DNA of 63,904 nt, filler included, from an uncultured bacterium (GTDB lineage Bacteria > DAOPZR01), in NCBI GenBank assembly GCA_964637655.1. It is 7 parts of 7 records of this genome, joined end to end, with 100 filler letters (N's around TTAATTAATTAA, not from the genome) between each part and the next. Parts side by side here need not be neighbours in the genome. Positions count along the whole stretch, not along the records: positions 1 to 9,418 come from CAZWUZ010000149.1; 6 more parts are not named here. One strand, 5' to 3'. Shown here piece after piece: positions 1 through 8,027 of this stretch. How positions within the stretch are numbered: the first letter of the stretch is position 1; each line of letters begins with the position of its first letter. The notes below the pieces were generated by a model, which saw only the letters and a program-made list of their open reading frames with translations, made no database searches and was not told the origin of the DNA. A program made the translations under genes and the position numbers.

Positions 1-1542
1 GTCATCACCACGGCCGCCAACAGTCGCATCGGCCTGCTGTTCACCGACATGACCATCTTCACGCTCGGGCCGTCCACCACGCTCGGCATCAACCAGTACC
101 TGACCAACCGCAGTGCCGAGTTTGCACTGCAGCGCGGCACGTTCCGCATGGTTTCCGGGGAGATTGCGCGACGCAACCCCGAAGGGTTCAACATGCGCTC
201 GCCATCGGCGACCATCGGCATTCGCGGCACCACCACCGGGCATGAGATTGGCGACAACGGCGAACAGCACTACGTGCTCGATATGGCGCCGGGCCATCAG
301 GTCATCATCGGCGGGCAGCAGCCCGGGATTCCCCCGGTCACGGTCACTGCCGACCTGACCGTGGTCAGCGTCACCCCCGACGGCAGCATTGGCGGGCAAC
401 AGGCCATCACCCCGCAGCAGGCGGACGCGTTTTCCGCGCAGTTCACCTTCGATGACCCGCGCGCCTACCTGCCGCCGCCGCCGGGCACGCCCCCGCCACC
501 CGTTGACGAAAACGGCAATCCGCTGCCGCCACCGCCCGGCGGCACCCTCCCGCCCCCACCCGACGGCACCTATCTGCCGCCACCGCCTGACGGCACCTAT
601 CTGACCGGCACCTACCTGCCGCCGCCTGACGGGACGCTGCTGCCGCCACCGCCCGACGGTACCTATCTGCCGCCGCCTGACGGCACGCTGCCGCCGCCAC
701 CGCCCCCCGGCACGTTCGATCCGCTCGCCCCGTCGGTAACCGGTGACCAGATTGTCACGCAGGTTTCGCTCCCCCCGTACTACCCGACCCACTTCGGCGG
801 GGTGATGCTTTTCTATAACACCGCCGGCAACGGGTTCAACCCGGGCGGCGTTTTCGCGACCAGCAGCATGCTCAGCGTCGCCACCGCCCCGACTTTTTAC
901 GGCAGTGCCGGCGGCGAAGTGGTCACCGGTACCGGCATCAACGCCATTACCAGCGTTTTCCAGTCACCCAGCTACAACTGGTCGGGCACCGCCTACGGGT
1001 ACAAGGCTGTCAGTGGCGGCATCATGCTGCCGGGCACGCAGCAGCGCTACATGGAATGGGGCAACTGGGTGCTCAACGACCCTGCATACACCTTTGTCAA
1101 CACTTCCGACCTGCGCCTGGCCGCGGCTCACTGGCTTGACGGGACCAAAACCCCTGACCTGCGCATCAGCGAACTGGGCGCGCAGAGCGTAACCGGTCAC
1201 TATACCGGCGGAGCGCGCGGCACCTATATGCTGTCGGGGAGCAGTCCGCAGGCCATCAGCGGCACCTTCGCCTGCGACATCAACTTCAATACCGGGCAGG
1301 TCAGCAACACGGCCATCAGTTTCCCGTCGCCGGCGATTTCGCTGACCCAGGCCTCGCCCGTTTCCCTTGCTGCCGGCGGGCTGTTCAGCCTCTCCTCGCT
1401 GAGCGTGACCATGCCGGGCGGTTCCGCTTCCGGCAGAATCGACGGGGCCTGTTTCGGGCCTAATGCGGAGGGCGTGGGCGGCGATTTCTTCGCGACCAGC
1501 GCCAGCGACAACGCCATCGGCACCTTCAGCGCCACCCGCTGA
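1..1542 (+). CDS. FecR-domain protein with Pro-rich repeat linker and C-terminal transferrin-binding-protein (TbpB)-like beta-barrel; 5'-truncated
   Basis: Frame open from base 1. N-terminus ITTAANSRIGLLFTDMTIFTLGPST...SPSATIGIRGT is FecR-like. C-terminus YTGGARG...SGTFACDINF...GRIDGACFGPNAEGVGGDF resembles the TbpB C-lobe barrel. Confidence 0.7.
   Translation, partial: VITTAANSRIGLLFTDMTIFTLGPSTTLGINQYLTNRSAEFALQRGTFRMVSGEIARRNPEGFNMRSPSATIGIRGTTTGHEIGDNGEQHYVLDMAPGHQVIIGGQQPGIPPVTVTADLTVVSVTPDGSIGGQQAITPQQADAFSAQFTFDDPRAYLPPPPGTPPPPVDENGNPLPPPPGGTLPPPPDGTYLPPPPDGTYLTGTYLPPPDGTLLPPPPDGTYLPPPDGTLPPPPPPGTFDPLAPSVTGDQIVTQVSLPPYYPTHFGGVMLFYNTAGNGFNPGGVFATSSMLSVATAPTFYGSAGGEVVTGTGINAITSVFQSPSYNWSGTAYGYKAVSGGIMLPGTQQRYMEWGNWVLNDPAYTFVNTSDLRLAAAHWLDGTKTPDLRISELGAQSVTGHYTGGARGTYMLSGSSPQAISGTFACDINFNTGQVSNTAISFPSPAISLTQASPVSLAAGGLFSLSSLSVTMPGGSASGRIDGACFGPNAEGVGGDFFATSASDNAIGTFSATR
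466..723 (+). repeat. Intragenic tandem repeat encoding (L)PPP(P)DGTY-like units
   Basis: Repeated ccgccgcctgacggcacctatctg-like units; the protein reads LPPPPDGTYLPPPPDGTYL... Confidence 0.85.
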
Positions 1543-1554
1543 GCACGGCAAACA

Positions 1555-1590
1555 CAACGGCCCGGCACGCGTGTGCGTGCCGGGCCGTTG
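1555..1590. terminator. Hairpin between convergent genes, probably a bidirectional terminator
   Basis: Perfect inverted repeat caacggcccggcacgc-gtgt-gcgtgccgggccgttg between the two stop codons. Confidence 0.7.
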
Positions 1591-1603
1591 CCTTGTCTGT
1601 CGT

Positions 1604-2929
1604 TTATGCGCGGATGATACCAAGCACCTCATCGCGCATCTGTGTCATCAGCGCCCGCGATTTCGCTTCGAGATTGAGCCGCACCACCGGTTCGGTGTTG
1701 GAACTGCGCACGTTGCACCACCAGTCCGCCGCCTCGATGGAGAGGCCGTCAAGCGAGAACTGTTTCAGCGACGCGTATTTCTCCTGCAGTGCGCTGATCA
1801 CCCCGGCCGGGTTGCCCACCCGCGAATTGATCTCGCCCGAAGCGCAGTAGCGGCACATCGGGGCGAGGATTTCCGCCACCGGGCGCCGGTCCTGTGACAG
1901 CAGCTGCAGCACCTTGAACATCGCCAGAAAGCCGCTGTCACAGTAGAAATTATCGCGGAAATAGTAGTGGCCGGAGAGTTCGCCGGCAAAGACCGCATTG
2001 AGATCGCGCAGCTGCTGCTTGATGTAGGAATGCCCGACGCGGCTCATCACCGCCTTGCCGCCGGCTTTTTCGATTTCCTCCTTCACCGCCCACGACGAGC
2101 GCAGGTCGTAGAGGATGGTCGCGCCCGGCTGCTCGCGCAGGTAGGCCTGCGCGATGAGAATCGTGATCATATCGCAGGAAATCATTTCGCCGCGGTTGTC
2201 GATGAACGCCACGCGATCGGCATCACCGTCAAAGGCAATGCCCAGGTCAGCCCCGGTCGTCTTCACCCGGGCGCAGAGCTCGCGCACGTTTTCCTCTTTC
2301 AGCGGGTTGGCTTCGTGATGCGGGAAACTGCCGTCCAGTTCAGGGTACATGACCGTGGCCTGCACCGGGTGGGGTGCGAGCAGTTCCGCCACGTACTTGC
2401 CCGCCATGCCATTGCCCGCATCGATGATAACCTTGAGCGGCGCCAGCGGGGCCGTTACTGATTTCTGCAGATAGGCGACGTATTCGGCAAAACAGTCGCG
2501 CGGCTTGATGCTGCCGTTCGGTTCCGCTGCCCCGCGCGGGTTCGCGTTGAAGATTTCCTCGATCCTGTTCAATCCGGTGTCGTAGCTGATGGGGATGGCC
2601 TGTTCGCGGCAGAGTTTGAAGCCGTTGTACTGCGGCGGATTGTGCGAGGCGGTGATCATGATTCCCGCCTTATACCCGTGCGTGCCGACGACGTAATAGA
2701 TATGCGGGGAGTCGCAGACCCCGACGTCGACGACGTCGCTGCCGCAGTGACGGATGCCCCGCGCCAGCGCCGAGAAGATTTCCTCGCCCGACAGGCGCAT
2801 ATCGCGCCCGACGACGATCTCCGGCTGCTGGAAGTATTTTGCCGCGGCGATGCCGAACCGGTAAGCGACATCGGGATTCAACTGCTCGGGAACGGTACCA
2901 CGGACATCATAGGCCTTGAAGATGGACAC
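1604..2929 (-). CDS. manB: Phosphomannomutase/phosphoglucomutase
   Basis: Motifs IFKAYDVRG, ITASHNP (phosphoserine), FDGDADR (metal loop), GELSGH, VRSSNTEP. GTG start at 2929 has GGAGG 8 nt upstream. Confidence 0.93.
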   Translation of the reverse strand: MSIFKAYDVRGTVPEQLNPDVAYRFGIAAAKYFQQPEIVVGRDMRLSGEEIFSALARGIRHCGSDVVDVGVCDSPHIYYVVGTHGYKAGIMITASHNPPQYNGFKLCREQAIPISYDTGLNRIEEIFNANPRGAAEPNGSIKPRDCFAEYVAYLQKSVTAPLAPLKVIIDAGNGMAGKYVAELLAPHPVQATVMYPELDGSFPHHEANPLKEENVRELCARVKTTGADLGIAFDGDADRVAFIDNRGEMISCDMITILIAQAYLREQPGATILYDLRSSWAVKEEIEKAGGKAVMSRVGHSYIKQQLRDLNAVFAGELSGHYYFRDNFYCDSGFLAMFKVLQLLSQDRRPVAEILAPMCRYCASGEINSRVGNPAGVISALQEKYASLKQFSLDGLSIEAADWWCNVRSSNTEPVVRLNLEAKSRALMTQMRDEVLGIIRA

Positions 2930-2989
2930 GGGACATGCCTCCGTCAATATGGATAGGTGCAACCGCGGGCGGCAGCCGCCGCGCGCCGT

Positions 2990-3175
2990 TTACAGGGTCT
3001 TGATGGCGCTGACCGGGCAGGCCTCGATTGCCTCCCGCGCCGCATCGGCATGCTCCTCCGCTACCGGCAGTTCCTGCACGACCGCCTTGTTGCCGCTCAT
3101 CTCGAACACCTCCGGGGCGATCGAGACGCACAGGCCGCAACCGATACAGGTATCCGCATTCACTTCCAGTTCCAT
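2990..3175 (-). CDS. Monocluster [4Fe-4S] ferredoxin
   Basis: CIGCGLC...ACPVSAI in 61 aa; GGAGG ribosome-binding site. Confidence 0.92.
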   Translation of the reverse strand: MELEVNADTCIGCGLCVSIAPEVFEMSGNKAVVQELPVAEEHADAAREAIEACPVSAIKTL

Positions 3176-3449
3176 ACCAGCACCTCCTACGGGCCGCGTA
3201 CGCGCGACCTGGTCTGCAGAGGATAAAACATTACGCCCGCGCCCCTGTCAAGCGCAGGAGGCGCGCCGTGCCGGTGGCGCCNNNNNNNNNNNNNNNNNNN
3301 NNNNNNNNNNNNNNNNNNNNNNNNNNNNNNNNNNNNNNNNNNNNNNNNNNNNNNNNNNNNNNNNNNNNNNNNNNNNNNNNNCGCCGCCAAGCCGTCCATG
3401 GCAGCGGCGGCACGCTCACCTCCTGTATGCAGGCCGCCGCCAAGCCGAC

Positions 3450-3477
3450 AAAAAAGCCGCCCCCTTGCGGGGGCGGC
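3450..3477 (-). terminator. Rho-independent terminator after flaG
   Basis: Minus strand gccgccccc-gcaa-gggggcggc followed by TTTTTT. Confidence 0.85.
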
Positions 3478-3494
3478 CCCTGTCACTGCGTTCG

Positions 3495-3887
3495 CTAGCG
3501 CTTTTCGTCCAGGATCACGCCCATGAAGTCGTGAATCCGTTTGACCAGATTCAGCATCTCCTTGGACGGTATCTCCCGGATGACCTTGTCGTTGTCGGTG
3601 TCCACTACGTTCACCTGCACCTTCCCGCTTTCGTGGGAGAGGTTGAACCGGACCGAGCGGTGAAACGCCTGCGCCATCGAGTTCATCTGGCCGACAGCCG
3701 CTTCCAGTTCCTCCTGGGCGGCCTTCGTCGCCCGGGCGCCGGGCTCACTCTCCTGACGGTTCCGTGCACGTTCCGCTCCCGCTTCTGCTGCCTGCGGTTG
3801 CGGCCGGTCGGGTGTTTCCACCGCGGCCCGTGCTGCGGGTGATGCCGTTGCGGACATCGCCACCGGAGTCATTTCCGTGATGTTCAT
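3495..3887 (-). CDS. flaG: Flagellar protein FlaG
   Basis: SVRFNLSHESGKVQVNVVDTDNDKVIREIPSKEML...GVILDEKR signature; lies downstream of the flagellins. Confidence 0.9.
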   Translation of the reverse strand: MNITEMTPVAMSATASPAARAAVETPDRPQPQAAEAGAERARNRQESEPGARATKAAQEELEAAVGQMNSMAQAFHRSVRFNLSHESGKVQVNVVDTDNDKVIREIPSKEMLNLVKRIHDFMGVILDEKR

Positions 3888-3963
3888 TACCATCACCTCC
3901 TCCGTGAGGTTGCTACATCCTTACAGGGTGCTGCTTTGCGGATCCAATGCGGACGTTGCTACG

Positions 3964-4794
3964 TCAGCCGAACAGCGAAAGAACGTTGCGCGAGCTGAGA
4001 TTCGCCTGTGACAGCATGGCCATGCCGGCCTGACTCAGAATCTGCCCCTTCGTGTAGTTGACCATCTCAGCAGCCATGTCGACGTCGCGGATACGGCTTT
4101 CCGACGCCTGCATGTTCTCCTGGGCCACCCGCACAAAGTTGTACGTATGCTCCAGCCGGTTCTGAATCGCCCCGAGCGTGGCGCGGTCACTGGAGACCGA
4201 GTTGATCGCGTCCGACAACGCGGTGATGGCCGTTTCGGCCCCCGCCTGTGTCGCCACGCTGACCGCGTTGATCCCCAGTCCCGTCGTCGACATCGAACCG
4301 ATGTTGAGGTTCAGCGTCTGGTTGGCACCCGCCCCGACGTGGAGCGCGACGTTGCCCGTACCGCTGGCGTATGCCCCGGTCAGCAGTTGCTTGCCGTTGA
4401 AGACCACCGTGGTCTGCATCCGGTTGATCTCCGACAGCAACTGGCTCACTTCGACCTGGATCAGCTGACGGTCCGACGCCGTGTTGGTGTCGTTCGCCGA
4501 CTGAATAGCCAGGGTCCGCATACGCTGCAGGATCAGGTGCATCTCTTCCATGCCGCCTTCCGCCGTCTGAATCAGCGAAATGCCGTCCTGGATGTTGCGA
4601 GAGGCCTGTTCCAGCCCGTTGCTCTGCGTGCGCAGTTTTTCCGAAATCGCCAGCCCCGCCGCGTCATCAGCGGCGTGGTTGATGCGATATCCGGACGACA
4701 GTTTTTCCAGCGACTTCTCCATCGCACTGTTGGTAAGATTCACCTGACGATGCGCGAAAAGCGCCGGAAGGTTGGTTTGAATTCTGAAGGACAT
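3964..4794 (-). CDS. fliC: Flagellin 3 (276 aa, minimal D0/D1 type)
   Basis: EKLSSGYRINHAADDAAGLAISEK and ESRIRDVDMAAEM motifs. Confidence 0.96.
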   Translation of the reverse strand: MSFRIQTNLPALFAHRQVNLTNSAMEKSLEKLSSGYRINHAADDAAGLAISEKLRTQSNGLEQASRNIQDGISLIQTAEGGMEEMHLILQRMRTLAIQSANDTNTASDRQLIQVEVSQLLSEINRMQTTVVFNGKQLLTGAYASGTGNVALHVGAGANQTLNLNIGSMSTTGLGINAVSVATQAGAETAITALSDAINSVSSDRATLGAIQNRLEHTYNFVRVAQENMQASESRIRDVDMAAEMVNYTKGQILSQAGMAMLSQANLSSRNVLSLFG

Positions 4795-5047
4795 GACGAA
4801 ATCCTCCCTCCTTGGACGTTCGTGCCGCCCGGGCCTCCATGCCCGTGAGCAGAGCCGCCGTCACCGTGACCGCGACGGATGACATCCGCCGCGTCCCCGG
4901 TTCCGAAAGACAGCGTCCCTGCGCGGCTACCTGCAGAAGTTATGCCGTCCGCACCGGAATCCGCACCCTGTGGTATTCGATTGTCACTCCCGTCGGTGGT
5001 TCATCACCTCCCTCGTCGCCGCGGGCTCCCGTCCGCGGTTCGGAAAC

Positions 5048-5105
5048 AACCGGGAGCGACGCTGATGATACCGATCATCAGTCCGTCGTCGCGCCGCTCC
5101 CGGTT
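5048..5105. other. Long nested stem-loop downstream of flagellin 2
   Basis: aaccgggagcg...cgctcccggtt encloses ctgatgat-accg-atcatcag; no U-tract. Confidence 0.65.
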
Positions 5106-5133
5106 CATACTGCCTGTGTCTGTGCCGCGTCGC

Positions 5134-5964
5134 CTACTGGAACAGCGCCAGCAGGTTCGACGGCCGCGTGTTGGCCTGCGCCAGCATCGCGTTGCCCGCC
5201 TGCAACAGGATCTGGTTCTTCGTGTAATTCGTCATCTCCATCGCCATGTCGACGTCGCGGATGCGGCTCTCCGACGCCTGCATGTTCTCCATCGCCGTCC
5301 GGATGAAGTTGTACGTATGCTCCAGCCGGTTCTGGATGGCGCCGAGGTCGGCGCGGTTGCTCGACACCTCGTTGATGGCGTTCGACAGCAGTCCGATGGC
5401 TGTCTCCGCTCCCGCCTGCGTGGCGATGCTCAGGCCGTTGATCCCCAGGCCGGTGGTCGACATCGAGCCGATGTTCACCGACAGCACCTGGTTCTGGTTC
5501 GCCCCCGCGTGCAGCGCAATGCTCCCCACGCCGGTCGCGTACGCCCCGGTCAGCAGCTGCTTGGTGTTGAAGACCACCGTCGTCTGCATCCGGTTGATCT
5601 CCGACATCAGCTGGTTGACCTCGACCTGGATCAGCTGCCGGTCCGAGGCCGTGTTCGTGTCGTTGGCCGACTGAATGGCCAGTGTCCGCACGCGCTGCAG
5701 GATGAGATGCAGTTCCTCCAGCCCGCCTTCCGCCGTCTGGATCAGCGAGATGCCGTCCTGCACATTGCGCGAGGCCTGTTCCAACCCCGCCACCTGCGTG
5801 CGCAGTTTCTCGCTGATCGCGAGCCCCGCGGCGTCATCCGCCGCGTGGTTGATCCGGTAGCCGCTCGACAGTTTTTCCAGCGACTTGTCGAGCCGCAGGT
5901 TGGTGATGCCCAGCTGGCGATGCGCGAATAATGCCGAGATGTTATGTTGGATGCGCATATCCAT
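5134..5964 (-). CDS. fliC: Flagellin 2 (276 aa)
   Basis: Same flagellin N- and C-terminal motifs; AAGGAGG ribosome-binding site. Confidence 0.96.
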   Translation of the reverse strand: MDMRIQHNISALFAHRQLGITNLRLDKSLEKLSSGYRINHAADDAAGLAISEKLRTQVAGLEQASRNVQDGISLIQTAEGGLEELHLILQRVRTLAIQSANDTNTASDRQLIQVEVNQLMSEINRMQTTVVFNTKQLLTGAYATGVGSIALHAGANQNQVLSVNIGSMSTTGLGINGLSIATQAGAETAIGLLSNAINEVSSNRADLGAIQNRLEHTYNFIRTAMENMQASESRIRDVDMAMEMTNYTKNQILLQAGNAMLAQANTRPSNLLALFQ

Positions 5965-6150
5965 GACCGTTCCCTCCTTGGGTTCTTACCCATGTGTTCC
6001 GCCGTGCCGTCCCTGGCCCGGCGGTACCTCCGAATAATTGTCTAAGAACGTATCAATGATGCCGTTCTCTGCCCGTACTGCCACTACCCCTGCCCGTGTG
6101 TGCTCAACCGCGTCTCTATGTCAACCCTGTTCAGTGCCTGCTTTCTGCTC

Positions 6151-7029
6151 CTACTGGAGCAGCTGCAGCACAGACTGTGTCTTCAGGTTGGCCTGCGCCA
6201 GCATCGCATTTCCTGCTTGCAACAGGATCTGCGTCTTGGTGAAATTCGTCAGTTCTTCCGCCATGTCGGTGTCACGGATGCGCGCCTCGGAGGCCTGCAT
6301 GTTCTCCATCGCCGTGCGGATGAAGTTGTAGGTGTGCTCGAGCCGGTTCTGCTTCGCCCCGAGGTCCGCCCGGTTGCTGGAAACGTTGTCGATCGCCGCG
6401 CTGATCAGGCCGATGGCCGACTCCGCCCCGATGCGCGTCGTCATGCCGACTCCCTGCACCACGCCGGCATTGTTTTTCCAGATGAGACCGTTGATGCCCA
6501 GTCCCGTGGTCGACATCGAACCGATGTGCAGCCCCAGCACCTGGTTCATATTGGCGCCGACATGCAGCTGGATCGAGCCGATCCCGACCGCGTAGTCGCC
6601 CGTCAGCAGCCGGCGGGTGTTGAACACCACCGTCGTCTGCATGCGGTTGATTTCCTGCAGCAGCTGGTCGACTTCGACCTGCAGCAGCTGCCGGTCGGAC
6701 GTGGTCAGCGTGTCGTTCGCCGACTGAATGGCCAGCGTGCGCATGCGCTGCAATATGAGATGGAGCTCCTCCAGGCCACCTTCCGCCGTCTGGATCAGCG
6801 AGATGCCGTCCATGGTGTTGCGCGCCGCCTGTTCGAGACCCTTGACCTGCGTGCGCAGTTTTTCGGAAATGGCGAGACCCGCCGCGTCATCAGCCGCGTG
6901 GTTGATGCGGTAGCCCGAGGACAGTTTCTCCAGCGACTTGTCGAGCCGCAGGTTGGTGATGGTGAGCTGGCGATGTGCAAACGTCGCCGAGAGATTATGT
7001 TGGACAAACATTCCGCTTGCCATGATCAT
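6151..7029 (-). CDS. fliC: Flagellin 1 (~290 aa)
   Basis: Flagellin N- and C-terminal motifs. The start is probably the ATG at 7023, after AAGGAGG. Confidence 0.96.
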   Translation of the reverse strand: MIMASGMFVQHNLSATFAHRQLTITNLRLDKSLEKLSSGYRINHAADDAAGLAISEKLRTQVKGLEQAARNTMDGISLIQTAEGGLEELHLILQRMRTLAIQSANDTLTTSDRQLLQVEVDQLLQEINRMQTTVVFNTRRLLTGDYAVGIGSIQLHVGANMNQVLGLHIGSMSTTGLGINGLIWKNNAGVVQGVGMTTRIGAESAIGLISAAIDNVSSNRADLGAKQNRLEHTYNFIRTAMENMQASEARIRDTDMAEELTNFTKTQILLQAGNAMLAQANLKTQSVLQLLQ

Positions 7030-7081
7030 TCCTCCTTGAATGATTGCAAGTAGTTATTCCGCCGGGGCATCCTTGCTCCGG
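7025..7081 (-). promoter_or_regulatory. Paired CsrA-binding hairpins in the flagellin 1 leader, one covering the Shine-Dalgarno
   Basis: Minus strand CCGGAGC-AAGGAT-GCCCCGG and ATCATTC-AAGGAG-GAATGAT place ANGGA in hairpin loops, like the hag/flaB CsrA sites. Confidence 0.7.
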
Positions 7082-7110
7082 GTCGCCGCGTTTTCCCGCG
7101 AACCGACGAC

Positions 7111-7144
7111 AAAAAACGCGTACAGCGATGCTTCGCCTACGCGT
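7111..7144 (-). terminator. Intrinsic terminator between csrA and flagellin 1
   Basis: ACGCGTA-G-GCGA-AGCA-TCGC-TG-TACGCGT followed by TTTTT. Confidence 0.7.
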
Positions 7145-7236
7145 GAATCAGTTCTTTTTCCCACCTCCTTGGTGTCGTTGTCACCGGCATCCGTGCCGGT
7201 GTCCTGCGTTCCTGATACCCCCTTGCGGGGGCTCGT
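7111..7236 (-). ncRNA. Candidate CsrA-sequestering small RNA or terminated leader (~125 nt)
   Basis: Sigma28-like promoter upstream; five GGA motifs including the CACCGGC-ACGGAT-GCCGGTG hairpin; ends at an intrinsic terminator. Confidence 0.45.
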
Positions 7237-7243
7237 ATTGCTC

Positions 7244-7271
7244 TTATCGTCAGCTGGTGCGGCAAACTTGA
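7244..7271 (-). promoter_or_regulatory. Sigma28 (FliA/SigD)-like promoter
   Basis: TCAA-N16-GACGATAA versus consensus TAAA-N15/16-GCCGATAA, upstream of the flagellins. Confidence 0.65.
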
Positions 7272-7292
7272 GCCGATTGTATCGACATTTTT

Positions 7293-7556
7293 CTATTTCT
7301 TTCCATGGCTGTCAGTTGTATCATCTTTTCTGGCGGGAAACAATTTCCCCAACCCGCTCAGTTTAGGCGTGCCATCCTGCACAGCGCTGATGTTCGCTTT
7401 TTTAATCTCGTCATACACTTCCTTGCGGTGTACCGAAACCTCGCGTGGGGCGCGGATACCGATCTTGACCTGGTCACCGTGAATATCAACCACGACCAGT
7501 TCGATCTGGTCGCCGATCATGATGCTCTCGTTCGTCTTGCGGGTGAGGACCAGCAT
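7293..7556 (-). CDS. csrA: Carbon storage regulator CsrA
   Basis: [18 protein letters not shown]...[19 protein letters not shown], with the C-terminal extension typical of FliW-partnered CsrA. Confidence 0.97.
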   Translation of the reverse strand: MLVLTRKTNESIMIGDQIELVVVDIHGDQVKIGIRAPREVSVHRKEVYDEIKKANISAVQDGTPKLSGLGKLFPARKDDTTDSHGKK

Positions 7557-8014
7557 CAGTGTCCCTCCCCCGCCTGCGCCGCTTCCATTTCCTGCAGCAG
7601 CAGGTGGCGCACGTGGTATTCCTCGTTGAGCAGAATGATCTGCCGCCCGCGCTTCTCCTGCTCGCTGAACGCCACCGGGCCCTTGAGATTGACGGTCATC
7701 AGCTGCGGGTTGTCAGGCACCACGACGATGCCGAAGAAAATCAGGCCGGCCGCCTCCTTCACCCCCAGCGCGGCGAGGTCGCTGCCGCTCACCTTCGGGG
7801 CGAACTTCGCCCCGAGCACTTCGCGCAGATTGACCACGACCACGGCCAGGTGCGGGTCGGTCACCGACTGGAGCCAGGAGAAGGGGCGCTCCTCGGGAAC
7901 GCTGAGCAGGGCGAAGCGCGTGCTCTCCGCGAAACCGATCAGCCCCTCGGGGATGGTCAGGATGCTGTCGTCCGCCACGGTCACGGGGCCGAACGGTTTG
8001 GTCGTAATGTCCAC
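7556..8014 (-). CDS. fliW: Flagellar assembly factor FliW
   Basis: TKPFG...PEGLIGF...PFSWLQS...MTVNLKGPV...GRQIIL; adjacent to csrA. Confidence 0.93.
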   Translation of the reverse strand: MDITTKPFGPVTVADDSILTIPEGLIGFAESTRFALLSVPEERPFSWLQSVTDPHLAVVVVNLREVLGAKFAPKVSGSDLAALGVKEAAGLIFFGIVVVPDNPQLMTVNLKGPVAFSEQEKRGRQIILLNEEYHVRHLLLQEMEAAQAGEGH

Positions 8015-8027
8015 GGTATGCTGCCTC

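Noticed and set aside
4795-7292. c-di-GMP riboswitch in the flagellin leaders
   Set aside because: I could not identify a complete class I or II aptamer. CsrA-type GGA hairpins explain the structures better.
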